From Armatimonadia bacterium (lineage in GTDB: Bacteria; Armatimonadota; Zipacnadia; UBA1398): DNA of 64,000 nucleotides. Each line of letters opens with the position of its first letter. Position 1 is the stretch's first letter. The stretch spans positions 553 through 64,552 of the forward strand of contig WJIW01000254.1 in NCBI GenBank assembly GCA_014730065.1. Direction: 5' to 3'. Under the pieces are notes generated by a model that worked only from the letters and a program-made list of their open reading frames with translations, had not been told where the DNA came from and searched no databases. Position numbers and translations under genes: made by a program. Positions 38,602 through 47,440 of this stretch are shown here, piece by piece.

Positions 38602-39417
38602 CTACTCGTACTCGGGGTGGACGTTCTGGAGGCTCGCACGCAGCACGGCGGGATCCTCCCAATCGCCAGGATTCCACCACCACCATGCCCACAGGAAGTC
38701 ATCGGTGGGCGGTGCGGGGAAGGTGTAGTTGAGGGCCCCGAAGGTCTGGGTGAACTTCAGTGGCTTGGCATGGCCATCGGTGAAGCTGATATTGCTGAGG
38801 CCATTGTGTGTGGTCATCTTCCCGAGATCGGGAGCCGGTGACGTCGGGTAACCAGCGCCCACAGGGTCGGTAATCCAGTTGCCCCAGGAGAACAGCGGGA
38901 AGTCCGCGTTCCACTCGCGGCTCTCCACGAGCAGCATGATGCTGCCAGGCCGCGGGCAGGAGCTGATCATGCCGTAGTTGATCCAGTAGTGAGCCCAAGC
39001 GTAGTTCATGCCATAGCTACGCCGAATACCGTACTCGTACCAGCCACGGGGCGATGCCATCAGGGGCTCGTTGGGCAGCTCGAAGGACGGGCACAGGTAT
39101 ATCTGGTGGTTCTTCACATAGGGATACATGGCCGTGCGCCAGTCGATCTCGATGTACCATGGCGAGTAGCCCAAGTCCGGCGGAAGCGCGTAGTCGTCCG
39201 GCGCCCAGCCCTGGGGCATGCGGGTATCGTGGTCGGCGGCGTAGGCGTGCAGACCTGTGGCGAGCTGCCGAATGTTGGACAGACAGGACGTCTGCCGCGC
39301 CTTCTCACGTGCCCTTGCGAATACGGGGAACAGAATTGCTGCAAGAATAGCGATGATGGCGATAACCACTAGGAGCTCGATCAGGGTGAAACCCTTTCGA
39401 CTCCGGCTCATGCTCAT
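38602..39417 (-). CDS. DUF1559 / H-X9-DG domain protein with prepilin-type N-terminal motif (paralog)
   Basis: Track ORF 38602..39567 trimmed to MSMSRSRKG|[24 protein letters not shown] (ATG 6 nt after AAGGAGGTG). H-X9-DG motif [13 protein letters not shown]. Roughly 45% identical to gene A over the conserved N-terminal and H-X9-DG regions (by eye). Confidence 0.85.
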   Translation of the reverse strand: MSMSRSRKGFTLIELLVVIAIIAILAAILFPVFARAREKARQTSCLSNIRQLATGLHAYAADHDTRMPQGWAPDDYALPPDLGYSPWYIEIDWRTAMYPYVKNHQIYLCPSFELPNEPLMASPRGWYEYGIRRSYGMNYAWAHYWINYGMISSCPRPGSIMLLVESREWNADFPLFSWGNWITDPVGAGYPTSPAPDLGKMTTHNGLSNISFTDGHAKPLKFTQTFGALNYTFPAPPTDDFLWAWWWWNPGDWEDPAVLRASLQNVHPEYE

Positions 39418-39609
39418 TAAGAGCACCTCCTTCATGGAAGTCCGTACATATGATGATAGGACGCGAGTCCGGCGTCGCCTCGCCGGGCCCACGTACCGTA
39501 CCATACCATTCGTCGGGCCTAACTCACGACCTACCTCAAACGCGATTTCCCGACCCTTGCGGACCACCTATGCCCGTGTGGGCACACCTCACATGGGTAG
39601 GGAGCAGCC

Positions 39610-40929
39610 CTAGAAGGGGACTCGCAGCTCGAACCGAGAACCCTCACCCTCTTCCGAGTCAACCGTGACGATACCTCCATGCGCGTCCACGGCATTTCGT
39701 ACGATCCTCGTCCCCAATCCTGTCCCCCCTGGCTTCGTGGAGACCGCCTGGCTTGTGAACAACTTACTACGAACGTGCTCCGGGATGCCCTTGCCAGTGT
39801 CCGATACGACGATCTGGACGTATCCGCCCTCGGGGAACTCGCCCTCGGGCTGGCATGAGGTGCTGACGGAGATGCGCCCGCCCCGGGGCGTCTCGGGGAT
39901 GGCGTTGTTCACCAAGTTGTACACCGCCGAGTGGATCAGCTTCCGGTCCACCATCAGCGGAGGCGGGTCGCCGAGTCCCGATAGGTCAAGGGTTATGTCG
40001 GCACGGTCGGCCACGATCCTCAGCACCTTGGCCACCGAGCGGATGATGTCGTCCACCGATGCCTGCTCGAAGTGAGGCTCCGAGACTTGGCCCTTGATGC
40101 AGTCCGCGATCTCCCGGGCCCGGCCGGTGACCTGGTCGGCTCCGTCCATAACCATGGTGACGGCCTCGGGGAAGAACTCCTGCAGGGGCTTCAGGACCTC
40201 CAGAATGCGTTTGCGGCACTCTGGGCTGCTGGATTCCACCGCACCCGGCACGGCCATCATGGTCTGGTCGAAGATCATCTGGAGGGTCTTCACCCCGGAG
40301 GTGACAGGGGTCATGAAGTTCTTCACGTCATGGGCGATGTCTCCAATGAGCTTGACGACTTGAGCGAGCCGGGCCTCTTGGTGCAGCCTGGCGTGATCGA
40401 TGGCCATGGCGGCCTGATTGGCGACAATGAGTAAGACGTCCATGTCTTGGTCGCCGAAGGGGCCGCCGCGGCGGTTGAGGACCTGCATGACGCCGATGGT
40501 CTCGTTATCCGCGTTCTTCAGCGGAACGGTGACCATGGTGCGGGTCACGAGGTCGATCTTCTCCCCCACGGCGCGGTAGTGCTCGGGGTCGGACTGGACG
40601 TCGTCGCTGACCTCGTACTGGCCCGTGCGGAAGACCCGGCCCGCGATGCCCTGGTCGGCGTCCATTCGCATGCCCACCAGCTCGGCCGACTTGGGGCCGA
40701 CGACGTGCTGGAAGACGAGCTGTCCCGTCTCCTCGTCGTGGAGGATGACCGAGCCAGCCTCGCAGCCGACGACCTCCAGGCAGCCATCGAGGCACTCCCG
40801 GATCAACTCCTGGAGATCAGTAGTGGAGTAGACGGCGGCGGTGATGGTCCGAACGGCGTCGAGCTGCCGTCGGCGGAGGCTCAGCTCCGCGGTCACCTCG
40901 TTGTAGCCCATGGACTGGCCATCACTCAT
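39610..40929 (-). CDS. GAF-domain sensor histidine kinase
   Basis: Track ORF 39610..40983 (GTG) trimmed to MSDGQSMGYNEV… (ATG 40929 after AAGGTGG). N-terminal GAF (…GSVILHDEETGQLVF…), HisKA (IAHDVKNFMTPV), HATPase_c (VSDTGKGIPEHV…GTGLGTRIV). Confidence 0.8.
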   Translation of the reverse strand: MSDGQSMGYNEVTAELSLRRRQLDAVRTITAAVYSTTDLQELIRECLDGCLEVVGCEAGSVILHDEETGQLVFQHVVGPKSAELVGMRMDADQGIAGRVFRTGQYEVSDDVQSDPEHYRAVGEKIDLVTRTMVTVPLKNADNETIGVMQVLNRRGGPFGDQDMDVLLIVANQAAMAIDHARLHQEARLAQVVKLIGDIAHDVKNFMTPVTSGVKTLQMIFDQTMMAVPGAVESSSPECRKRILEVLKPLQEFFPEAVTMVMDGADQVTGRAREIADCIKGQVSEPHFEQASVDDIIRSVAKVLRIVADRADITLDLSGLGDPPPLMVDRKLIHSAVYNLVNNAIPETPRGGRISVSTSCQPEGEFPEGGYVQIVVSDTGKGIPEHVRSKLFTSQAVSTKPGGTGLGTRIVRNAVDAHGGIVTVDSEEGEGSRFELRVPF

Positions 40930-41127
40930 CGGCGGCTTCCACCTTGGCCTGCGTCGGCGGCGGACCGAATCCCATGGGCCCACCGTGGCGTCGAACTTGA
41001 TAGGCGTGGTATTCCCCGGCTACTATTGCAGCTCCTTTGCTCCCATAGGCAAGGGAAGGACAGTGCCTCGGGAGAATGTACCGCGCATCCATCACATCCT
41101 ACGGGATGGAGAAGGGAGACGAGGCCG

Positions 41128-42330
41128 ATGGTTGGCCGCGCTCTGACATTTCTAATGGTATTGACGCTCCTTGTGACGGTGGCGGCGATCCCCGCCATGG
41201 CCATGGAGGAGTTGTATAGCGGAACTGCTCCCATGTCCGGCCAGCCCGCCACGGGCTACGGAGGCTGGGGCAGCGGCGAAGTCGAGGAGGCAGGCTCCGC
41301 CATCGCCATCCAGACAACCGGCTACTATGAGGGCGGCCGCATCGACTTCTCCGGCGTGACGATCGAGGATGCCATCCGCGAGCTGGATAACGGCTACCTA
41401 CTGCTCGATGTCGAGGTGACGCCGGACATGACCTCCGGTACCGGCTATGGTAGCGGGATGATGGGTTCTGGCATGGGCTCGGGTGGCAGGATGGGACCCG
41501 GAATGGGCATGGGCGGCCCCGGCAGCGGCATGATGGGCCCCGGCAGTGGTGGCATGATGGGCCCCGGCGGTGGCGGCATGATGGGCCCCGGCGGTGGTGG
41601 CATGATGGGGCCAGGTATGGGGGGTGGCGAAGGGGGCATGATGGGACCCGGAATGGGCTCGGGCATGACCGGCTACGGGCAGCAGTATGAGACGCCCGAG
41701 AAGCTGGACAGGCTACGCGTCGTGCTGGTCACCGATGAGGGTGAGTACGCCGTGGAAGGACTGGCCTCCGGCGGAACCCCGTCCGCCGACGGCCGCTGGA
41801 GCGTCATCCAGGTGCCCTTCTCCGAGCTGGCCCTGTCGGGCGGCCTGCCTTCGGGCGAGGTCAAGCAGGTCCGCGTGTTCGGCAACGCCAAGGGCGAGAT
41901 CAAGCTCGGCGGCGTGCGGCTCTTCGAGGAGGACCCCATCGATGTGGTCCACCCCGTTGCTCCCGATGACATGACCTACACCTACGGCGACAGCTTCGAC
42001 CTCGAGGGCAGCGTCGACGATCCCACCAAGCAGTACCGTCTGTACTGGGACTTCGACGCCTCCGATGGCGTCTCGTTCGATGCCGGCGAGACGGGCGAGG
42101 TCGTCGAGGACGCCAACTTCTACTTCCCGCGCCCCGGCAGCTATGTTGTGAGCCTGATCGCGGTGCCTGTGGGCGGAAGGGCCCTGCCCCGGGTGGACAC
42201 CTTTACCGTTACCATCACCTACCCCGAGGGCTACGGCCAGCAGGGCGGCATGATGGGCCCCGGCGGCGGTATGATGGGACCCGGCGGCGGTATGATGGGC
42301 CCCGGCGGCGGACGCATGGGCGGCCGGTAG
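41128..42330 (+). CDS. Secreted protein with methionine/glycine-rich (MMGPGGG)n repeats and a C-terminal Ig/PKD-like beta-sandwich region
   Basis: Track ORF 40447..42330 trimmed to MVGRALTFLMVLTLLVTVAAIPAMAMEE (ATG 41128; GGAGAAGGGAG upstream; signal peptide). Two repeat blocks: aa ~110-180 (…GSGMMGSGMGSGGRMGPGMGMGGPGSGMMGPGSGGMMGPGGGGMMGPGGGGMMGPGMGGGEGGMMGPGMGSGM…) and the C-terminus (QQGGMMGPGGGMMGPGGGMMGPGGGRMGGR). Confidence 0.6.
   Translation: MVGRALTFLMVLTLLVTVAAIPAMAMEELYSGTAPMSGQPATGYGGWGSGEVEEAGSAIAIQTTGYYEGGRIDFSGVTIEDAIRELDNGYLLLDVEVTPDMTSGTGYGSGMMGSGMGSGGRMGPGMGMGGPGSGMMGPGSGGMMGPGGGGMMGPGGGGMMGPGMGGGEGGMMGPGMGSGMTGYGQQYETPEKLDRLRVVLVTDEGEYAVEGLASGGTPSADGRWSVIQVPFSELALSGGLPSGEVKQVRVFGNAKGEIKLGGVRLFEEDPIDVVHPVAPDDMTYTYGDSFDLEGSVDDPTKQYRLYWDFDASDGVSFDAGETGEVVEDANFYFPRPGSYVVSLIAVPVGGRALPRVDTFTVTITYPEGYGQQGGMMGPGGGMMGPGGGMMGPGGGRMGGR
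41449..41672 (+). repeat. Coding tandem repeat (~21-24 nt units, ggcatgatgggccccggcggtggt-like) encoding MMGPGGG units
   Basis: Visible DNA-level periodicity: catgatgggccccggcag/tggtggcatgatgggccccggcggtggcggcatgatgggccccggcggtggtggcatgatgggg… A second block lies at ~42241-42330. Confidence 0.7.
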
Positions 42331-42433
42331 TCCCGCGCGCCAGAGCGGATACGCCAAGAGAGGGGCTCCTCCGAGCCCCTCTCTTGTTGTGTACCATGCT
42401 TCCGTTCTGGCTTGGGGCGCTCGCGAAGGGGGA

Positions 42434-43105
42434 TCAGCCTACGGCGCAGGCTGGCTCCGGATCCTCGAACTGAGCCACGAGGGCCTCCAGGAACTCGGCG
42501 CCGTCGGCGCCATCGATGGCGCGGTGATCCACGGTCAGGGTGAGCCACATGGTGCTACGCACGGCGAGCTCGCCATCGACCACGAAGGGCCGCTTGGCCA
42601 GGGCGCCGATGGCGAGGATGGCCGTCTGGGGGGGGCCGATGATAGCGTTGAATGCGGTCACCCGGCCGGGGCCGATGTTGCTGATGCTGAAGGTCCCGCC
42701 CTGCTGGAGGCTGGCGCGCAGCCGTCCCTTGCGGGCCTGAGCGATCATATCTCGGGTCTCCTCGGCCACGTCGGCGAGGCTCTTCTCGTTGGCGCCCTTG
42801 ACGACGGGCACCAGCACGCCCTTGTCCGTGGCAACGGCGAAGCCCACGTTGACCTCCTTGTACAGCCTCACCTTCCCATCCACGAAGCCGGCGTTCACCA
42901 CGTCGTGGTCGGGCAGCACCGCGGCGCAGCACTTGAGGATGATGTCGTTGACCGAGGGGGCCTCCTCCCACTCGTCCTTCAGGCGACTACGCAGCTCCAG
43001 AATGGGGCCGCCGTCCACCTCGGCGTGGATGTGGAAAACGGGTATCTCGGTATGGCTCGCCACCACGCGGTCGGCGATGGCTTTGCGGATGGGGCTAAGC
43101 TCCAT
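42434..43105 (-). CDS. Stand-alone 2-oxoacid dehydrogenase acyltransferase (E2) catalytic-domain protein (no lipoyl or E3-binding domains)
   Basis: Track ORF 42434..43633 trimmed to MELSPIRKAIADRVVASHTEIPVFHIHAEVD… (223 aa). Catalytic motif DHRAIDGADGAEFL (DHRxxDG) present. Start uncertain; a GTG ~17 codons upstream is possible. Confidence 0.6.
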   Translation of the reverse strand: MELSPIRKAIADRVVASHTEIPVFHIHAEVDGGPILELRSRLKDEWEEAPSVNDIILKCCAAVLPDHDVVNAGFVDGKVRLYKEVNVGFAVATDKGVLVPVVKGANEKSLADVAEETRDMIAQARKGRLRASLQQGGTFSISNIGPGRVTAFNAIIGPPQTAILAIGALAKRPFVVDGELAVRSTMWLTLTVDHRAIDGADGAEFLEALVAQFEDPEPACAVG

Positions 43106-43149
43106 CTCCTCGTGCTCGGGCTCGTAGCTCCGGCCAGCGGACAATGGGT

Positions 43150-44394
43150 TCACACACCCTTCATCTCGAAGTAATCGGGCACGACCTTCGGGCTCTCTCT
43201 GAGCACTCGCCCGAGCCATGCCACGGCATCCATGCAGCCCCAGAGGATGGACGCATCCAGGGCGTCCATGGGGCTGAGGTCTGCCAGATCGGACAGCGTC
43301 GCCAGGGCCCCCTGGGATGCCACCAGCTCCAGGATCCGGGCGTCGCTGTCCATGGGATCGCCCTTCTCGTCGGTCGCGTCGAACCTTAGGGCGCACGCCA
43401 CGGCGAGCCGGGTGGCATGGGGCACAATGTCGTGAGCCGTCTGCGTCTGGAGGGCGCCGATCAGGCGGTCTTCGGCGGCCAGCTTCCGCCGCAGGTCCCG
43501 GCCCACCCGGAAGACGGTATCGCCCAGAGCCTTGTTGGCGAATCTTCGTAGCAGGTCCTCGATGTGGTGCTCGATGGACGCCTCGTCGAACTCCTCGGGG
43601 TACGCCTTCAGGAGGGCCCGTCCCGACTCCCACATGGCTCGTCGGCCCGCGTCGCGCACGTCATCGTCCTCCATGACCTCCCACATGTAGGTGGCGTCGG
43701 GAAGCTGGAGCCGTCCCACGTACGCGCAGGTGGCGTGTCCCAGGTTGTGGATGAACAACTTGCGGTCCACGTACGCCGCCATGTTGTCCTTGGGCAGGAG
43801 GCCATGGACGTCGGGAACGCCCTGCTTGAAAGCGCTCCGGTCGCAGATCAGTGTATTGTACGCTTCGGCGTACACACGGAGGGGGTCGCGCTTCCGGTCC
43901 CGCTCGGTGATGAGGGGCACCATCTTGCCGATGCTCGTCTCCACCAGCCCGACCAGCTCGTCCAGAGGGTAGTCCTCGGGCAAACACTCGGCGAGCCCTT
44001 CGCGAGCGTGCTCCGCGGCATCCCGGAGGTTCTCGCAGAGTATGATGTCGATGGGACCCCCGCCCGCCTCTCGGCGCGCCCGGAGGCCCTCGGCGATGAC
44101 GGGGTACACCTTGGGCAGGGCTCGGGGGCCCACGGCGGTGCCCAGGATGTCCGCCTTGGCGATCTCCTCCACCAGCCGGTCCTTGGCCCCCGCGTGTAAG
44201 GCCCGAACACCCTCGATCTCGATCTCCTGCCGGGGAGTGTCCCGGACCTCCACCACGTACGAGCGCGCGATGTTGAGCTCGGCCACAAGCTCCTGGTCCA
44301 CGTCCACGAAGCACACATCGTAGCCAGCCTGCGCGAAAAGTTGGCCGATGAAGCTCCGGCCGATATTGCCCGCTCCGAACTGGACCAAGGTCAT
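43150..44394 (-). CDS. mtlD: Mannitol-1-phosphate 5-dehydrogenase (mannitol dehydrogenase family)
   Basis: 414 aa. Classic N-terminus MTLVQFGAGNIGRSFIGQLF (GAGNIGRGF); …KLFIHNLGHAT… motif; longer C-terminal helical domain than E. coli MtlD. Confidence 0.75.
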   Translation of the reverse strand: MTLVQFGAGNIGRSFIGQLFAQAGYDVCFVDVDQELVAELNIARSYVVEVRDTPRQEIEIEGVRALHAGAKDRLVEEIAKADILGTAVGPRALPKVYPVIAEGLRARREAGGGPIDIILCENLRDAAEHAREGLAECLPEDYPLDELVGLVETSIGKMVPLITERDRKRDPLRVYAEAYNTLICDRSAFKQGVPDVHGLLPKDNMAAYVDRKLFIHNLGHATCAYVGRLQLPDATYMWEVMEDDDVRDAGRRAMWESGRALLKAYPEEFDEASIEHHIEDLLRRFANKALGDTVFRVGRDLRRKLAAEDRLIGALQTQTAHDIVPHATRLAVACALRFDATDEKGDPMDSDARILELVASQGALATLSDLADLSPMDALDASILWGCMDAVAWLGRVLRESPKVVPDYFEMKGV

Positions 44395-44506
44395 CAGGAC
44401 ACCCGCAAACAGGAACCGGCGCCTACCCCGAGGGGCAAGCGCCCGTCCACAGGTTTTGCTCCTATTATTGCCCGGAAGTGGGCTCGGGTCCTACCTTGGA
44501 CGGATC

Positions 44507-45112
44507 CTACGCCTGCGTAAGATCCAGATCCTGGGTCGTCGTCTGCCCCGAGGTGATGGTCGCCGAGGCCGTGAGGCTATCGCCGAAGTTCGCCAGGCTA
44601 GCGGTGACCGAGTACACGCCCGGGTCGATCTCGGTGATCGAGTACTGCCCCTGGGCGTTGGTCGTGGCCGTCGCCACGATGGTGGTGCCCTGGCTCACGG
44701 TAATCGTAGCCGCCTGGGCTGTGGTGCCACTGGGCAGCCGCACGGTTCCGGTCAGGGTCCCGCCCGCCGGCGGCAGGAAGAAGTTCCTGACGGTGGTTCC
44801 GCCGCCCTTGACGGTGACCGGGTAGGGTCCGTCGCTGCCTAGCTCCGACGACCGGCTGGCGGGCGGCGAGGCGGTGACGTCGTAGGTGCCGGGCTCGAGG
44901 TTCGTGACCCGGTACTTGCCTTGATCGTTGGCCGGGACGCGGGCGTACTCGGTGCCCTCCTGCTCCACGGTGATCCAAGATCCCCCAACGGGTACCTGGT
45001 CGCCATCGGCCACGGTGCCCTCGATGGTGCCTTGGGTGACGGCGGTGGTGCATCCGGTCAGTAGGGCGAGCCCCGCCAGGCCCGCTACAGCAAGCAACAG
45101 TGTGATACGCAT
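44507..45112 (-). CDS. Lipoprotein with two carboxypeptidase-regulatory-like (CarbopepD_reg / transthyretin-like) domains
   Basis: 201 aa. Lipobox LLTGC; two copies of the GTVxxxxGxPxxGAxVTVxxxxTxxxATTNAxGQYxIxxLxPGxYxVTAS pattern. Confidence 0.65.
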   Translation of the reverse strand: MRITLLLAVAGLAGLALLTGCTTAVTQGTIEGTVADGDQVPVGGSWITVEQEGTEYARVPANDQGKYRVTNLEPGTYDVTASPPASRSSELGSDGPYPVTVKGGGTTVRNFFLPPAGGTLTGTVRLPSGTTAQAATITVSQGTTIVATATTNAQGQYSITEIDPGVYSVTASLANFGDSLTASATITSGQTTTQDLDLTQA

Positions 45113-45199
45113 CGTCTTAGCTCACTCTCTCCGAGAACTTGATGGGAGATGGACTCCACTCCCTCGATTATACAACGATGCCAGCCAGCGTCGGGGTCC

Positions 45200-46522
45200 C
45201 TACGCCAATGCCAGCTCGGGCCCCACGCCCACCGTCGCTTCCACCAAGTCTAGCTCCAGGGGCGCCGAGGCGGTGAGATTCTCGATCCCCTCCTCGGTGA
45301 TCACCACGGTATCCTCGCAGCGAACGTACAGCCGCTCGTCGGGCACCCACAGCATGGGGTCGATGGTGAGGACCGTGCCCGGGCGAAGGGGCGCCTTCCG
45401 ATAGGTGCCCAGGTCGTGGACCGCCATGCCCACGGGATGAGACAGGTGCCCTCTGAAGTCGAACATCCCCGCGGCTCCGTCCCGGTACTCGGCCTTCGAC
45501 CAGCTCCAGTCGGCGTGCACGGGTCGCATGGCCTCGGCGGCCTCGGCGGTGATCGCCTCCCAGTCCTTCCCTGGCCCCAGAAGCGACAGCAGCACCTTGT
45601 GGTACTCGACCACGAACCCGTACAGCTCGCGCTGCCAATCGGCCCATCGGCCGTTCACCGGCCACATGCGGCCGATGTCGCTAGTGTAGTACCGGTAGTC
45701 GGGGGCACAGTCCATCAGGAGCATCTGGCCATCGATCAGAGGCGAATCGTTGCGGTTGTAGTGGCCGTACCAGGCGTTCTCTCCGCTCGCGATGATGGCC
45801 CGGTACCCCTCGCCTCGGGCGCCGCCGGCCAAGTAGACGAACTCTGCCACGGCCTGAAGGTGGTACTCATGCAGCCCCGGCCGGGTGGCGCGCATCGCCT
45901 CGGTAACCGCCTGTGCCGACAAGCGACCCGCTTCCCGGCACAGGGCCACCTCGGCGGGGCTCTTGATGGCCCGCAGCTCGTCGATGATAGGCATTAGGTC
46001 CACGAGGGGCTTGCCGGGGCAGCGCGCCATCAGCAGCCCCACGAACCGCGCCTCTCGGCTCACGGCGCCATCCCACGGATCGTCGGCCACCAGCCGGTCT
46101 CCGTGGGTGAGCACATCCCGGCTCGTCTTCCACCCCTCGGCGGGCACGAAGGGGGTGTGAAGTCGCTCGGCCTCGCGGAGCTTCTCGGCCAGCTCGTCCA
46201 GCGGGCGCACCGCATCGAGGCCCGTGGCCTCCACGATCTCATCGGCGTCCTCGCAGCCCAGCACACGCCCCTCGGCACTCTCGCCCTTGCCCCGACTGGG
46301 GAGGTACACCTCGCCCCCGCCATCGGAGCCGCGGATCACCAGGTACGCCCTCGGAGCCTCTAGGCCGCAGCAGTACGCGAAGGTGTTCGTCTGGCGGAAG
46401 ACCTCGAAGGCCCGGGGAGGCCGCTCACCCGGGATCACCGCCATGTCGCCGTCACCCATTCGCTGGGCGACGACCTTCCGCCGGGCGCCGTACTCCTCGG
46501 GCGCGATGCCTGGGATCAGCAA
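45200..46522 (-). CDS. M24-family metallopeptidase (Xaa-Pro aminopeptidase/prolidase-like)
   Basis: 440 aa. Creatinase-like N-domain plus pita-bread C-domain with metal ligands in conserved contexts (…MLLMDCAPDYRYYTSDIGRMW…, …HPVGMAVHD…, …EDTVVITEEG…). Confidence 0.85.
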   Translation of the reverse strand: MLIPGIAPEEYGARRKVVAQRMGDGDMAVIPGERPPRAFEVFRQTNTFAYCCGLEAPRAYLVIRGSDGGGEVYLPSRGKGESAEGRVLGCEDADEIVEATGLDAVRPLDELAEKLREAERLHTPFVPAEGWKTSRDVLTHGDRLVADDPWDGAVSREARFVGLLMARCPGKPLVDLMPIIDELRAIKSPAEVALCREAGRLSAQAVTEAMRATRPGLHEYHLQAVAEFVYLAGGARGEGYRAIIASGENAWYGHYNRNDSPLIDGQMLLMDCAPDYRYYTSDIGRMWPVNGRWADWQRELYGFVVEYHKVLLSLLGPGKDWEAITAEAAEAMRPVHADWSWSKAEYRDGAAGMFDFRGHLSHPVGMAVHDLGTYRKAPLRPGTVLTIDPMLWVPDERLYVRCEDTVVITEEGIENLTASAPLELDLVEATVGVGPELALA

Positions 46523-46621
46523 GGGCGATCATCCTCTCATCGGCACGGGGTTCCCCTCATGCCCGCCTTCTCCTGCCGGTCGCTCACAGGATCCCGGCTG
46601 CGGGCGCCCGAACTGGTCTCC

Positions 46622-47440
46622 ATGACCAACGCCCCGACGCCGCCCCTTGCCGACGCCCATGTCCACCTCCAGGAGGAGGTCTATGAGGGGCATCTCGAGG
46701 ACATCATGGATCGCGCCCGGGCGGCGGGGATCGCCAAGATGCTCTCCAATGCCACCCATCCGGGTGACTGGGAGCTGACCCTGGGGATCGCCCGCGGCCA
46801 TGACGAAGTGGTCCCATGCCTGGGAGTGCATCCGTGGTTCATCGACCATGGGATCGAGGACTGGCTCGAGGGGCTGAGATCACTGCTGGAGGAGTCGGGA
46901 GCCTTGGTGGGCGAGGTGGGTCTTGACCGGATCAACGCCGACGCGTCGCTCGCCGAGCAGCGCGAGGTGCTCAGCAGGCAGATCGAGCTGGCGCAGGAGT
47001 TGGGCCGGCCCGTGATGATCCACTGCGTGCGGGCCTTCGGCGATCTCGTGCAGGTGCTCGAGGATCATGGCCCGTGGGAGGTGCCCTTCTTGATGCACGC
47101 CTACGGAGGGTCGGTGGAGATCGCCGAGAGGCTGCTCGATATGGGCGCTTACTTCTCCTATGGGGGCTACGTGCTGGATGACCGGCACAAGAAGGCCCGG
47201 CGTGCCCTGCGAGCCACGCCCTCAGATAGACTGCTGATCGAAACCGATGCCCCCGCCATGCTGCCACCCGAGGGCTTCCGGACCCACGTGCTGGAGGGCG
47301 ACCGTGGCCGCACTTGGAACGAGCCCGCCAACCTGCCGGCGATCCTGGGTGGTATCGCCGATCTACTGGACGAGGGGCCTGACGAGCTGCGGCGCCGAGG
47401 GTGGGAGAACCTGGAGCGGTTCCTCGGGGGCGCGCCGTGA
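46622..47440 (+). CDS. tatD: TatD-family metal-dependent hydrolase
   Basis: Track ORF 46559..47440; start probably MTNAPTPPLADAHVHLQ (ATG 46622); alternative start 46559. TatD motifs: DAHVHL, …NATHPGDW…, VMIHCVRAFGDLV, LIETDAP. Confidence 0.75.
   Translation: MTNAPTPPLADAHVHLQEEVYEGHLEDIMDRARAAGIAKMLSNATHPGDWELTLGIARGHDEVVPCLGVHPWFIDHGIEDWLEGLRSLLEESGALVGEVGLDRINADASLAEQREVLSRQIELAQELGRPVMIHCVRAFGDLVQVLEDHGPWEVPFLMHAYGGSVEIAERLLDMGAYFSYGGYVLDDRHKKARRALRATPSDRLLIETDAPAMLPPEGFRTHVLEGDRGRTWNEPANLPAILGGIADLLDEGPDELRRRGWENLERFLGGAP

Noticed and set aside
40447-41127. N-terminal 227-aa extension of the Met-rich repeat protein ORF
   Set aside because: It overlaps the GAF kinase gene on the opposite strand and lacks signal-peptide logic. 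ATG at 41128 has a strong RBS and yields a canonical signal peptide.
41449-42330. Tandem DNA repeats considered as a possible CRISPR array or mini-satellite
   Set aside because: Units are ~21-24 nt, contiguous (no spacers), in-frame and encode the MMGPGGG protein repeat; no cas genes are present. It is a coding repeat, not CRISPR.
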